Shown one piece after another: positions 29,742 through 40,213 of a stretch of 64,000 nucleotides of DNA. The DNA lies in contig OZ244170.1 of NCBI GenBank assembly GCA_965216565.1, positions 64,001 to 128,000 on the forward strand, in the 5' to 3' direction. This DNA comes from Bythopirellula sp. Its GTDB lineage: Bacteria > Planctomycetota > Planctomycetia > Pirellulales > Lacipirellulaceae. Positions within the stretch are counted from its first letter, which is position 1. Each line of letters starts with the position of its first letter. Both the position numbers and the translations under genes were made by a program. The notes beneath the pieces are model-generated. The model worked only from the letters and a program-made list of their open reading frames with translations. It was not told the DNA's origin and made no database searches.

Positions 29742-30158
29742 TTAGTTGTACATCTGGCCGCGGCCAGCGGCGGGGAAGGCGTTTTGGAGGTGCCGCAATT
29801 CTGGGTGCTTGGAATTTGTAGGCCAGAGCACCTCGACAACGTCGAAACGGCTGGAATATTCCAGCAGGCCGTGAGATTTGAGGAATGCCAAAGCCGCACG
29901 CGTCATCCGGTTTTGTCGGGCCGTGTCGACTGCCGCGGCCCCTTCCCCTACCCGTTCCGTACGCCGAGTTTTTACTTCGACGAAGACTACCGTAGTTCCA
30001 TCGATGGCGATGATGTCAATCTCGCCATAGCGCAGGCGATGACGAGTGGTGACGATCTTATATCCTAATCGCCGTAGCATTTTGGCTGCAGCTTGTTCGC
30101 CCTGCTCGCCAAGCGTCGACGGAGAGAATCGCGTTGCGAGCCACGTGCGAATAGACAT
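29742..30158 (-). CDS. YraN (UPF0102) family endonuclease
   Basis: LGEQGEQAA, GEIDIIA, VFVEVKTR, RFDVV; start ATG 30158. Confidence 0.92.
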   Translation of the reverse strand: MSIRTWLATRFSPSTLGEQGEQAAAKMLRRLGYKIVTTRHRLRYGEIDIIAIDGTTVVFVEVKTRRTERVGEGAAAVDTARQNRMTRAALAFLKSHGLLEYSSRFDVVEVLWPTNSKHPELRHLQNAFPAAGRGQMYN

Positions 30159-30201
30159 TGGATCCCCTGCGTAGAGTGAATCCTTCACTTCGCAATGAGT
30201 C

Positions 30202-30570
30202 TTAGGCGTTGGCTTTGACGTCGCGGCGTCGTTCCTTGAGCCGCACGGCTTTGCCACTACGCTCGCGGAGGTAGTACAGCTTAGCTCGACGCACATCGGC
30301 GCTGCGTTTGACCTCGATCTTGGCGACACGTGGCGAATTGACGGGGAACTTCCGCTCAACACCCTGCCCTGCCACGATGCGACGAACTGTGAACATTTCG
30401 CGAGTGCCTGAGCCATTGCGGGCGATAATTACGCCGGAGAAGACCTGAATTCTCTCTTTGTCGCCTTCCAAGATCTTAGTGTGTACGTCGACTGAGTCAC
30501 CGATATCGAAATCCAACGGCTTTTCTTTCATCGAAGCTTGTTCAACTTTTTTCAGGATCTCTTGGCTCAT
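30202..30570 (-). CDS. rplS: 50S ribosomal protein L19
   Basis: [29 protein letters not shown]. Confidence 0.98.
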   Translation of the reverse strand: MSQEILKKVEQASMKEKPLDFDIGDSVDVHTKILEGDKERIQVFSGVIIARNGSGTREMFTVRRIVAGQGVERKFPVNSPRVAKIEVKRSADVRRAKLYYLRERSGKAVRLKERRRDVKANA

Positions 30571-30607
30571 GGCTATTTCCTTGTTTGCACAATACTCTGC
30601 GTATCGA

Positions 30608-31297
30608 TTATTCCTCGGGCAACAAATCGGCCCGCCGTTGTTTGGTTCGTTCCAGGCTGTTCGTATCCCGCCACTTGGCAACCGCCTGGTGGTCGCCGCT
30701 CATCAATACTTCTGGAACTTCGTGGCCCCGATACTCTCTTGGTCGAGTGTACTGGGCATGCTCCAGCAACCGATTGCCGGTGGAAAACGAATCGAGCCGG
30801 TTGCTCTGCTCGTCTCCCAGCACACCAGGCACTAGCCGAATTACGGCGTCGATCGTGACCATGGCGGCAACTTCGCCTCCGTTGAGCACAAAGTCTCCAA
30901 CGGAGATCTCTTCCGGTTGGAGAATATCGCTCACCCGCTGGTCGAATCCCTCGTAGCGTCCGCAGAGCAAAAGCAGGCGGGAATGCTTGGCGAGTTCTTC
31001 GACTAATGGTTGAGTTAACTTCTTTCCTTGAGGCGACAGCAGGACAACGCGTCCCGGTTTGTCGGCCTGTGGTTGTATGGCTTCAACTGCTTCAACAACC
31101 GGTTCCGGCTTAATGACCATTCCCGGCCCGCCGCCGAAAGGGCGATCGTCGACACATTTGTGTTTGTCGCGACTATAGTCGCGAATATTGTGTAAGTGGA
31201 TGTCTACCAGCGATCGCTCGATGGCAAGATTCAGCAGGCTTTGGGTCATGTACCCAGAGAAGATCTCTGGAAACAGGGTCAGGACGTCGAATCGCAT
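30608..31297 (-). CDS. trmD: tRNA (guanine-N1)-methyltransferase
   Basis: [35 protein letters not shown]. Confidence 0.98.
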   Translation of the reverse strand: MRFDVLTLFPEIFSGYMTQSLLNLAIERSLVDIHLHNIRDYSRDKHKCVDDRPFGGGPGMVIKPEPVVEAVEAIQPQADKPGRVVLLSPQGKKLTQPLVEELAKHSRLLLLCGRYEGFDQRVSDILQPEEISVGDFVLNGGEVAAMVTIDAVIRLVPGVLGDEQSNRLDSFSTGNRLLEHAQYTRPREYRGHEVPEVLMSGDHQAVAKWRDTNSLERTKQRRADLLPEE

Positions 31298-31317
31298 GTT
31301 TCTTAGAACAGACCCTC

Positions 31318-31923
31318 CTAGCCGGCGGCATCCTCCTTAGGTGTTTCGTCTCCAGCGGATTCGACTACCTCTGAAACTTCCGTCGTCTCAGATGGGGCAA
31401 CTTCAGTCTTAGCATCGTCAGAGACCGTTTCTTCTTTGTACAAAGTTTCTTCGACGGTTTCCTCAGATTTGGGCTCCTCGGATTTGGGCTCTTCAGTCTT
31501 TGCTCCATCCGCCGGAGCAGATTCAGTTGCCGAAGCATCTGCTTCCGCCGCCTTGGCTTCTTCCGGCTTCGACTCTTCTTCTTTCTTCGGCAGCGAAGCG
31601 GGAGCCCCCGGATCGGGCACGACTCTCGGTTGGGCTAGCTTTTCTAGTGCTGCTTCTTGCTGAGATTTGTGGGTGCCTCCGGTGCCATATTTCTTAATCA
31701 ACACAGCACACTTGTCGCTCGGTTGGGCACCAACGCCTAACCAGTAATCAATGCGATCAGTTTTGAGAACAGCACGAGCGTCGGTGTCGGCAACGCTCGT
31801 GTCATACGTGCCAAGTTCTTCTAGCACACGGCCGTCACGGGGTGCACGCTTGTCGACGGCACAAATGCGGTAATAGGGACGATGGGTTCGGCCCATTCGT
31901 TTCATGCGAATTCTGACTGACAC
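31318..31923 (-). CDS. rpsP: 30S ribosomal protein S16 with long acidic C-terminal extension
   Basis: VRIRMKRMGR..RPYYRI, RDGRVLEELG.YD, WLGVGAQPSD. Confidence 0.97.
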   Translation of the reverse strand: MSVRIRMKRMGRTHRPYYRICAVDKRAPRDGRVLEELGTYDTSVADTDARAVLKTDRIDYWLGVGAQPSDKCAVLIKKYGTGGTHKSQQEAALEKLAQPRVVPDPGAPASLPKKEEESKPEEAKAAEADASATESAPADGAKTEEPKSEEPKSEETVEETLYKEETVSDDAKTEVAPSETTEVSEVVESAGDETPKEDAAG

Positions 31924-32164
31924 GTATTTGACTCCTAGAACTATCTGGCTTCAAGCTATCTAGCCGTCCGCCTATTGGGCGCACAAGCCTGTAATGCAAA
32001 CCCACTATCATGCCAGAACTGGGGGTGGAGAGGCAAGGGGGCAGAGGGCAGGGAAATGCCAAAAAAACAGGTGGATTGTTGCCAAATCACCCATGCCCAG
32101 CGACCTACTGTCAAATTTGCGGTGAGGCCTGGGTCGATCTGCCCTTGGGGCAACTGAATGGCAT

Positions 32165-32443
32165 CTAACGCTGGACGAACTTGCTAAAGCGGCTGAGGCT
32201 ACCCTCGGCGGTGTGAACGTCGTAGATGAAGGCAAGTTTCGCCTCCTCAAACTTCCCAAAGAAGTCTTCCCACGAGATCTCATCCAGCTGGTCGCCGCTG
32301 CCTTGGCCAGGGAAGAAAATTCGCAGCAGACCGACATCATCGCCTTCGGTGGTCGAGCTGACACTCGCTGGAACTCCACCGCGATCTTCAGTCCACAATC
32401 GAATCACTTCATGATTAGTTGTTGTGTTGGCACTAGAACTCAT
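32165..32443 (-). CDS. Conserved small hypothetical protein (TT.HE.IR.W family)
   Basis: TTTNHEVIRLWTEDRGGVPA...LLRI.F...ISWEDFF.KFEE..LAF...SRFSK; GAAAGGA RBS. Confidence 0.8.
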   Translation of the reverse strand: MSSSANTTTNHEVIRLWTEDRGGVPASVSSTTEGDDVGLLRIFFPGQGSGDQLDEISWEDFFGKFEEAKLAFIYDVHTAEGSLSRFSKFVQR

Positions 32444-32758
32444 AACCCGCTATTCCTTTCGTTGGGCTTTCAGTTGATTCAGTCGAGGGTTTTTAGAAGG
32501 GTGCCCCGATTGGCGAAGCTGCAGCGTTTAGGGCTGCTTCGCAAGAAGTTCTTATTATTCTAGCAGATTTTCGCTAATTTGTCACGCCGACCGAAATGAG
32601 CATGTGCTAGGGGAATAATCTTCATGAAGAATTGCGAAGATGTTATTTTTCCGAGAGAAGCCCGTCACTTGAGTGTGGGCGAGTGGCGATATCAAGATAA
32701 ACGCGAATCTTTGGCTATAGCTCCTTGCACACTTCCGCAGCCTGCCGGCGACTGTCGT

Positions 32759-34240
32759 CTATTTCCTGCGCTTCTCGCGTTTACGACGCCTCAATTCACG
32801 ATCGCGTTCTTTCTTAAGCTTTGCCTTTTCCTTCGGACTGAGTCGCTTGCCGGTATTTTGCTTTTTCTTCGTGAGCTGGCCATTGGGGTTGCTCATGGTG
32901 GCCTGCATTTCGCGGACCATCTTCATCCGCTCACGCATCCCCTTGCCGGCCATGGCAGTCATCATTTGCGACATCGCATCGAACTGCTTCACCAGGTCGT
33001 TGACTTCGTGTGGCTCGACGCCCGAACCGGCGGCAATGCGGCGGCGGCGACTTTGGTCGATCACTTTGGTTGGATTGCGACGTTCGTCGGCAGTCATCGA
33101 GTCGATGATGCCGAATAAACGTTTCATGTCCTGCTCTGGATCCACATCGTCCAGGGCCTCGGTCATGTTGCTCATGCCTGGGATCATGCCCATCACTTTT
33201 TGCATGGGGCCGAGCTTTTTGATCTGGGAAAGCTGTTTCTTGAAGTCGTCGAGAGTAAACTCGCCCTTCCGCATCCGCTCTTCTTGGGCCTTCATCTCAT
33301 CTTCGTCGAACTCGCGCTGCGCTTTTTCCACCAGCGAGAGGATATCGCCCTGACCGAGAATTCGGCCTGCCATTCGGTCGGGATGGAACTCTTCGAGCGC
33401 GTCGAGGTGCTCGCCGGTGCCGACGAACTTAATCGGAACTCCGGTAACTTGCTTGACCGAAAGTGCGGCACCGCCGCGGGCATCACCGTCGAGCTTGGTC
33501 ATGATCACGCCATCAAGCTCAAGCGACTCGTTAAACGCCTTGGCACTGTTAACCGCGTCTTGACCGGTCATACCATCGACGACCAGGTAGACTTGCTGGG
33601 GGTTACATTTGCGATCGATATTCTCAAGCTGCTTCATCAACTCGTCGTCGACATGCAATCGGCCGGCAGTGTCCAGAATCAAGACATTGGCCCCGGCCTT
33701 CTTAGCTTCCTTGACGGCAGCATTGCATACCGTGACAGGGTTTTTTTCCTGACGATCTGAATAGACGGGAATATCAAGTTGCTCGCCCAACACGTGCAAC
33801 TGGTCGATAGCCGCGGGACGCTGCAAGTCCGCAGCGACAAACATTGGCTTGCGACCGTTCTCTTTCAGCATGCGTCCCAGCTTGCCACAGCTGGTGGTTT
33901 TTCCTGAGCCTTGCAATCCGCACATCATTAGCACGGTAACGTCGTTGGCACCCAGTAGGTGAAGTGAGTGGTCCACCGGACCCATCAGGTTGACCAACTC
34001 CTGATAAACGATGCCGACGACCTGCTCGCTAGGGTCAAGAGCTTTGAGCACTTTTTCGCCAACGGCTTGTTCTGTGACCCGACTCATGAATTCGCGGGTG
34101 ACGGCAAAGCTGACATCAGCTTCGAGCAGCGATTTTTCGACCAGCTTGAGGCCATCGCGCATGTTGGATTCGGAGAGCTTGCCCTTGCCCCGCAAGCCTT
34201 TCAGTGCGCCGGTTAGACCATCTTGGAGAGATTCGAACAT
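32759..34240 (-). CDS. ffh: Signal recognition particle protein Ffh
   Basis: [29 protein letters not shown] domain [10 protein letters not shown]. Confidence 0.98.
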   Translation of the reverse strand: MFESLQDGLTGALKGLRGKGKLSESNMRDGLKLVEKSLLEADVSFAVTREFMSRVTEQAVGEKVLKALDPSEQVVGIVYQELVNLMGPVDHSLHLLGANDVTVLMMCGLQGSGKTTSCGKLGRMLKENGRKPMFVAADLQRPAAIDQLHVLGEQLDIPVYSDRQEKNPVTVCNAAVKEAKKAGANVLILDTAGRLHVDDELMKQLENIDRKCNPQQVYLVVDGMTGQDAVNSAKAFNESLELDGVIMTKLDGDARGGAALSVKQVTGVPIKFVGTGEHLDALEEFHPDRMAGRILGQGDILSLVEKAQREFDEDEMKAQEERMRKGEFTLDDFKKQLSQIKKLGPMQKVMGMIPGMSNMTEALDDVDPEQDMKRLFGIIDSMTADERRNPTKVIDQSRRRRIAAGSGVEPHEVNDLVKQFDAMSQMMTAMAGKGMRERMKMVREMQATMSNPNGQLTKKKQNTGKRLSPKEKAKLKKERDRELRRRKREKRRK

Positions 34241-34439
34241 AGGTTTTGTTTGCGGTTTTGAGCGACAGTTTATGCGAAGACCGTAGTTTACCGGAGCCAG
34301 GGAGTTTTGGCCAATGCGTCAGGTAGGGAGAGAATATGGGGCGAAGGGCTAGGGAATCGCACTTTGAGCGTGGCTGCAAACTCGGTAATATTTCTTGCTG
34401 AGTGGAGTCGCAAATAGCCAATGATCAACTGGGTGACAT

Positions 34440-34694
34440 ATGAGCGACAAAGGCCAACATCTTGATCTCTCCAGTGGCGATGGTTCTCGTCGCAATTCAG
34501 CCCACACGGACCACGATAAAGCGGCAGGTGGGAAATTCATCGGCGTACATTTTGAGTGCTGCGATATCTATCGACGTATCTACCCCAATCGCGAGGGAAC
34601 CGCTTATGCCGGCAATTGCCCCCGCTGCGGTCGCAAGGTGCAGTTTTTGATTGGCTCGGAGGGCACGAATGCCCGATTCTTTCGGGCTCAGTAA
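34440..34694 (+). CDS. Small putative zinc-ribbon protein
   Basis: [25 protein letters not shown]; divergent from ffh. Confidence 0.7.
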   Translation: MSDKGQHLDLSSGDGSRRNSAHTDHDKAAGGKFIGVHFECCDIYRRIYPNREGTAYAGNCPRCGRKVQFLIGSEGTNARFFRAQ

Positions 34695-34831
34695 GGGTGG
34701 CTGCCTCGCAGGCGGTAGCCTGAGTCAGGCGGCTGCTAGCATTCACCACCGCGTGTCTTGCTGCTGATGGAGCATTTCGCTATTCTTGGCCGACTTTTTT
34801 TGAGAATTCTCGTCCTAGAAAGCGGCTAGCC

Positions 34832-35347
34832 ATGTTACTCGATTTTGAGTTGCGCAGTTGTAGCCGCCATTGCGCGAAAACAGAGCGCGAGCTGCAACCG
34901 GGTGACTCTTACTTCTCAGTACTTACCGAAGTTGGCGATGAATTGGTGCGGGCTGATTACAGTTCAGAAGCATGGGAAGGCGAGCCGGAAGATTGCGTAG
35001 GTTGGTGGCGCTCGCGCATTCCCACCGCTGGCGATAGCAAACCTAAGCTGGCGCCAACCGAGGTGATGCTTAGTTTGTTTGCGACACTTGCCGAGCGAAC
35101 CGAAGACGAGGCGTTCCGTTACCTGCTTGGGCTACTGTTACTCCGAAAGCGGATCTTGCGTCGCGACGATGCCTACTGCAACGAGGAAGGCCACGAGGTG
35201 CTAACGCTATTTTGTCCGCGTAAGAATGAGAATTGTGAGCTGATTGTTACACCGCTAGAGACGGAAGAGATTGAACCGCTGCAGCAACGGATGGCTGAGC
35301 TGTTGTATAGCGACGCTGAAACCGAGACCAAGGCGGTGGCGAGCTAA
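34832..35347 (+). CDS. Conserved hypothetical protein
   Basis: Protein-like composition; RYLLGLLLLRKRIL motif; operon-like spacing to next gene. Confidence 0.75.
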   Translation: MLLDFELRSCSRHCAKTERELQPGDSYFSVLTEVGDELVRADYSSEAWEGEPEDCVGWWRSRIPTAGDSKPKLAPTEVMLSLFATLAERTEDEAFRYLLGLLLLRKRILRRDDAYCNEEGHEVLTLFCPRKNENCELIVTPLETEEIEPLQQRMAELLYSDAETETKAVAS

Positions 35348-35361
35348 GGCTAGTCTCACCA

Positions 35362-36519
35362 GTGAATCTTGACAAACGAATGATGAAGAACGCTCCACCA
35401 ACCCGAAGACTCACCACGGCAACACTCAATGTGTTGTTGCTGCTGGTGGTGTTTTGTGGTTCGGGGGCAACTTGTTCCAGATCATTTCGCAATCCCTTCG
35501 CCGCCCAATTAGGCCCGCCCGCTCCAGAGGTGCTGCTTACAGGATCGTCGTTAGACCAGGTGATTGCTGCGGTGAATCAAAACTCCTCCCGAATCGTCAG
35601 CTACCAGTCGAACGATGCATCGATCACTATTCCAGGCATTCCGGGCATACCTTTGCTGCGGGGAAATATTGCGGCTCAGCGTCCCGGGCGTGTTCGGATG
35701 CGTGCCAGCACGGCGATTACCGGCGAAGAAATGGATTTGGGTAGCAACGACGAATTGTTTTGGTTTTGGGTAAAACGAAACGAACCGCCGGCATTGTACT
35801 TCTCACGCCACGATCAATTTGTAGGTAGCGCGGCCCAACAGCTGATGCCAGTCGAGCCGCAGTGGTTGCTCGATGCATTGGGCATGATGCAGTTTTCGCC
35901 GACCGATCATCACGAGGGACCCGTCCCACACAGCAATGGCACGATTGAGATTCGCTCAGTGGTGCAATCTCGTGGTGGCACGATGACAAAGAATACAGTG
36001 GTTGATGCCCGTCGGGCGTGGGTGTTGGAGCAGCACATCTACGCTCCCACGGGTGCGCTGTTGGCGAGCGCGATCGCTCGTTCGCACCGCTACTATCCGG
36101 AGATTGGGGCATCATTGCCACAGGAAATTGATCTGCGATTGCCGGCAATGCAGATGTCGCTCACTATCGACGTAGGTACCGTCGCTATCAATCAGCTCGG
36201 CGCAAGCCCTCAATTGTGGAGTTTGCCAGCGATGAGCGGAGTGCAGCAAATCGACTTGGGTTCCGCACCACCCGGCGGCGTAGCTCCTATCAGTACGGCG
36301 GCTAGCAAAGATCGCTCGACCTGGGCGTCGCCCGACTTTGTGGGGCTTGCCCCGCAGGTGGATCCATTCGCTTCTCAGATTGCGGTAACACCGCAGCAGC
36401 AAGATCCCCCGCTAATTCAGCGTCGGGTAACGCCGCCGCCTGTTCCAGCATCCAGTTCTCAACCAATTGCCCAAGGTCTGCCGCCTGGTGGAATACCGGC
36501 TAGCACCTATTCCCGGTAG
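35362..36519 (+). CDS. Hypothetical exported protein (possible LolA/LolB-like fold)
   Basis: Hydrophobic N-terminus ending in Cys, EMDLGSNDELFWFW motif, Pro-rich tail. Confidence 0.7.
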   Translation: MNLDKRMMKNAPPTRRLTTATLNVLLLLVVFCGSGATCSRSFRNPFAAQLGPPAPEVLLTGSSLDQVIAAVNQNSSRIVSYQSNDASITIPGIPGIPLLRGNIAAQRPGRVRMRASTAITGEEMDLGSNDELFWFWVKRNEPPALYFSRHDQFVGSAAQQLMPVEPQWLLDALGMMQFSPTDHHEGPVPHSNGTIEIRSVVQSRGGTMTKNTVVDARRAWVLEQHIYAPTGALLASAIARSHRYYPEIGASLPQEIDLRLPAMQMSLTIDVGTVAINQLGASPQLWSLPAMSGVQQIDLGSAPPGGVAPISTAASKDRSTWASPDFVGLAPQVDPFASQIAVTPQQQDPPLIQRRVTPPPVPASSSQPIAQGLPPGGIPASTYSR

Positions 36520-37068
36520 TCAGCGGCTCCAGATACCGCGTCGGGCAGCTTGGGCGTCATTCTCGGCTCGTCGCAGACGCTGCTTCTTGGCTTCGCCATA
36601 GTCGTAACCCAATTTGGCCTTCGCGAGCCCTTCGCGTACTAACTCTTCGTTGAGCAGGCGGGCACCGTGCCAAACAAATACCAACTTGCGGCCATATTGA
36701 TCACTTGATTCGCCGTCAATTTCGATGCGGACCTTTCCGCCTGCATCCTGGACAAACCGTTTGGTGTACTGGGTTGCCTCGGGTCCCCAAGCTTCAACGG
36801 GGGTATTATCTTTAACCGTCTCTGGGGTATCGATCCCTTGTAACCGGGCTCTCGTGCGTTCGTGTTCGAGAAGTAGGGTATCACCATCGACTACGCGAAG
36901 CACACGGTACGTCTTGGCTTGGAAGTCGCTTTGCGCTTGCCAGTCGGAATCGAAAGTCGGCGGTTCGAATGCCTCACGTTCTTGCCAGGCACGATAAGCG
37001 ATTGTGATCGCCACAATGATGGCAAACACAACTCGAGTCCACGATCGGTATTGAACGCGTCGGGGCAT
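36520..37068 (-). CDS. Membrane-anchored thermonuclease (SNase family)
   Basis: VVDGDT, RLQGIDTPET, DQYGR.L, NEELVREGLA, RRGIWS. Confidence 0.93.
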   Translation of the reverse strand: MPRRVQYRSWTRVVFAIIVAITIAYRAWQEREAFEPPTFDSDWQAQSDFQAKTYRVLRVVDGDTLLLEHERTRARLQGIDTPETVKDNTPVEAWGPEATQYTKRFVQDAGGKVRIEIDGESSDQYGRKLVFVWHGARLLNEELVREGLAKAKLGYDYGEAKKQRLRRAENDAQAARRGIWSR

Positions 37069-37094
37069 AGAGAAGAACTGAGGCCTTGATGAAT

Positions 37095-37400
37095 TCAGTT
37101 CTGACTAAAGTCAAGGTGAGGAGCCGACGAGCGGGCAAGCGGATTTTGAACGTAACGCTTGCGGCATTCGCCACACAAATCGAAACGGCGATGATGGTAG
37201 ACATCGTCGCAAATCTGCGGGTCCTCGGCATCGTCTAACCGTTCAAGAATATCTTGGATCTCTTGGAGGTGATCGCGGTCGTCGTTGAGTTCTTCTTCAG
37301 CGGGATCGAGCGACGCATACACTTCTAACCGTACGACGTATCGAAGTTCACTTTCTGGATCGATGGAACGTTTACAAGAATCGCACGTGTAGTGAATCAT
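37095..37400 (-). CDS. Small acidic zinc-ribbon protein
   Basis: MIHYTCDSCK...FDLCGECR; AGGAG RBS before ATG 37400. Confidence 0.8.
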   Translation of the reverse strand: MIHYTCDSCKRSIDPESELRYVVRLEVYASLDPAEEELNDDRDHLQEIQDILERLDDAEDPQICDDVYHHRRFDLCGECRKRYVQNPLARSSAPHLDFSQN

Positions 37401-37804
37401 TACGACAACTCCTAAGACCATCAAAAAAACAGCATACTGATGATATGAATTCCCTCCACACCATTTCTTCATCCTAGCGACAAACGATAACCAGGGGCAA
37501 GAGAAACTTTATTGAGATTTCTTTCGTTTAGAATCGCAGAAAAAAACAAAGTAGACGCAAGCAAACGGTATGCCCACGGACGCAAAAAGCCAGTCTTCAA
37601 CTCTTCGCAAACTTTTCGAAACATTGATGGAGTAGTTACGCCTCGTAAAATGCGTAAAGTTCGAAGTGTCTGGCTGAAGAAATGCCTAAATATGCAGATA
37701 TCCCGCTAATTCTTGCTAAAACCGAACGTTTAGGATTTCATTGAATGCTTTGCTGCGCGAATTCTTAGCTGGTTTTGTCTTCCACTCGGAGATAGAATGA
37801 AGGT

Positions 37805-38081
37805 AGTCGCCGAGCAGGCAACAGAAGGAGTGGTGTTTTCACCCGCTCTGGTGAAAATGCCAATGCTCCGAGACTCGGTCGGCAGGTACGCATTGCCGTT
37901 ACCCGCCAGGCAATGTCTGAGATCCAAGTTGAATTTTTCCGTGCTCAGTTCGTATGATCACAAAGCACGGGAAAGCGTCTTGGTCTACAGACGCGTCTAG
38001 GGTAACCCTTGCAATGCGTCCTTTGGTTTGTGCCTATTGGATTTGGCAACCATGCATTTGGGACTCGAGGGGACTCACTAG
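37805..38081 (+). ncRNA. Candidate structured leader/ncRNA upstream of HNH endonuclease
   Basis: At least five hairpins with +strand G-U pairs plus an alternative long-range pairing; TAGAAT -10 at 37793-37798. Confidence 0.5.
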
Positions 38082-38714
38082 ATGTCAGCCGCAACTTCCA
38101 CTGCGTTAAACTCAAGCGTTTTAGTCTTAAACCGTCAATATATGGCGGTACATGTGGTCGGTGTTCGCCGTGCCTTTGGCTTGCTAATCAACCAAATGGC
38201 TGAAGTGATTCACATCGAAGATGGCCAATACGGCAACTATGATTTCAACTCATGGCGAGAAGTAAGTGAGTTGAAGGCCGAGTTCAAACAGCCCAGCGAT
38301 GACTGGATTCGCAGCGTAAACTTCGAAGTTTGCGTGCCACGTGTGCTGCGGTTGCTCTATTACGATCGTCTACCCAAGCAGCGAGTTCGTCTCAACCGGC
38401 GAAACATCTTTGCTCGCGATACGAATATGTGCCAATACTGCGGAAAGAAGTTCTCCACAAGCGAATTAAGTTTGGATCACGTGATGCCCACTTGCCGGGG
38501 CGGTGGAACCAGTTGGGAAAACTTGGTCTGTGCCTGCGTAAAGTGCAACGTACGCAAGGGTGGCAGAACGCCAAAAGAAGCAGGCATGAAGCTTATCAAG
38601 AAACCGATTCGGCCAAAGCGCAGTCCGATGCTCACAGTAAAACTTGGTAACCCCAAGTACGCGAGCTGGAAAACGTTTCTCGACTCGGCTTACTGGTCGG
38701 TTGATCTAAAGTAG
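38082..38714 (+). CDS. HNH endonuclease (McrA-like, VLVLN N-terminus)
   Basis: RRNIFARD...CQYCG...LDHVMP..RGG..SWENLVCAC.KCN.RKG. Confidence 0.93.
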   Translation: MSAATSTALNSSVLVLNRQYMAVHVVGVRRAFGLLINQMAEVIHIEDGQYGNYDFNSWREVSELKAEFKQPSDDWIRSVNFEVCVPRVLRLLYYDRLPKQRVRLNRRNIFARDTNMCQYCGKKFSTSELSLDHVMPTCRGGGTSWENLVCACVKCNVRKGGRTPKEAGMKLIKKPIRPKRSPMLTVKLGNPKYASWKTFLDSAYWSVDLK

Positions 38715-38780
38715 CGAGTTTCGAGTTGTGAGATACAAGTTCTTAGACTCGCAACTCACAACCCGTTGTTCGCAACTCGT
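38715..38780. repeat. Inverted heptamer arrays (CGAGTTG / CAACTCG) between convergent genes
   Basis: gcgagtt tcgagtt gtgagat ... actcgca actcaca ... tcgcaactcg; can fold as a long hairpin. Confidence 0.55.
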
Positions 38781-38781
38781 A

Positions 38782-39060
38782 TCATGAATCGGCCAAAGGC
38801 TCTTTGCGTTCGGTGATCACCGGCAACTGGGGAGACATCTCGGCATTGAGTGCCGTGAAATCTGTCCACTCTTCGGGGACATTGTCTTCGTGGAAAATTG
38901 CTTCCACGGGACATTCAGGAACGCAGGCTTCGCAGTCGATGCATTCGTCAGGGTGGATGTATAGGATTTGTTCGCCTTCGTAGAAGCACTCCACGGGGCA
39001 AACAACCACGCAATCGGTGTACTTGCATCCGAAGCAAGGTTCACAAACGACGTGCGTCAT
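38782..39060 (-). CDS. 7Fe (FdxA-type) ferredoxin
   Basis: [39 protein letters not shown]. Confidence 0.95.
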   Translation of the reverse strand: MTHVVCEPCFGCKYTDCVVVCPVECFYEGEQILYIHPDECIDCEACVPECPVEAIFHEDNVPEEWTDFTALNAEMSPQLPVITERKEPLADS

Positions 39061-39637
39061 ATTTCTGCGTCTCCTTCTTTCAAGGCAATTCCGACGCGTG
39101 GAGAGTCCAGCGCGACTGAGCTTTGCCTAACTGCGGCATGAATCAATGGTTGGATGATACCTGTATCGGTTCGCCAGAAGCAAGTATTTACCCAGAAAAG
39201 ACATTCGACCCTCTGGATGCTTCAGCACGGTATTTTGTATACGCCTCGGGGGTTGCCTATGTCAAGCAGATTCGATTGCGGAAAATCTAACGATTATGGA
39301 TTAAGCCATCGTGCCCGTGAGGGCCGAGAATGGCCCGCTACGCAGGCTAGATTCATTTTTTGGACCGAAAGCGTAATATTCCGAATCGGTCACCGAATAC
39401 AGGGCCTAGAAATGCTTGCTCGCCTTGCTCCGGCCGTAACGGCTATTTAGAATTAAGGAGTGGATAGAAATGTTGGAAAACTCTGTGAGCAAAAGGGATA
39501 GAGCGCTCGTAGTAGGTATGATGCGGACTTCCCTAGGCTCGTTGCCTCAGCCGTAATTGGTTCAGGAAGAAGCATCAGCACGCTGCCAAGGGGCAGCGAT
39601 CGAATGAATCCACCAACTTCTGCCGAGGCAGCATAAA

Positions 39638-40204
39638 GTGGCGCTATCTGATATCGACCGAACTTTGCTCGAGCGTTGTCTTGAGCGAAAGCCCAGAGCG
39701 TGGGAAGACTTTGTCGATCGCTTTATGGGCTTGGTGATGCACGTTGTGAATCATACCGCTCAAAGCCGGTCTATTCTGCTCTCTCCCTCGGATCGCGAAG
39801 ATCTGGCAGCCGAGGTGATGCTAACTATCATTTCCGATGATATGGCTGTGCTTCGTCGGTTCCGCGGCAACAGCAGCTTGGCTACCTACCTGACGGTGAT
39901 CTCTCGCCGGGTGGTGGTTCGCAAAATGCTGCAAAGCCGATCGGCAACGCCTCTGGGAGCGGTGGCTCCAACTGCTTTGGCCGAAAACTCGGGTCACGAG
40001 CAACGCATTACGAATCGCGAAGAAGTCGAGCGGTTGCTCAACCAACTCGAAGGCGACGAAGCGCAGGTCGTGCGACTATTCCATCTAGAAGGTAAGACAT
40101 ACCAAGAGATTAGCCGCACTGTGGGAATGCCCACCAATAGCGTTGGGCCAATGCTGAGCCGACTTCGATCGCGGCTCCGCGATGCCAATCAACCGAATGC
40201 TTAG
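39638..40204 (+). CDS. ECF-type RNA polymerase sigma factor
   Basis: AWEDFVDRF, REDLAAEV, LATYL (region 2); EGKTYQEIS...NSVGPMLSR (region 4). Confidence 0.9.
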   Translation: MALSDIDRTLLERCLERKPRAWEDFVDRFMGLVMHVVNHTAQSRSILLSPSDREDLAAEVMLTIISDDMAVLRRFRGNSSLATYLTVISRRVVVRKMLQSRSATPLGAVAPTALAENSGHEQRITNREEVERLLNQLEGDEAQVVRLFHLEGKTYQEISRTVGMPTNSVGPMLSRLRSRLRDANQPNA

Positions 40205-40213
40205 TCATTGCAA

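Noticed and set aside
38082..38714. IscB/IshB or Cas9-like call for the HNH gene
   Set aside because: Only 210 aa; no RuvC or PLMP segments, IS200/605 ends or repeat array visible
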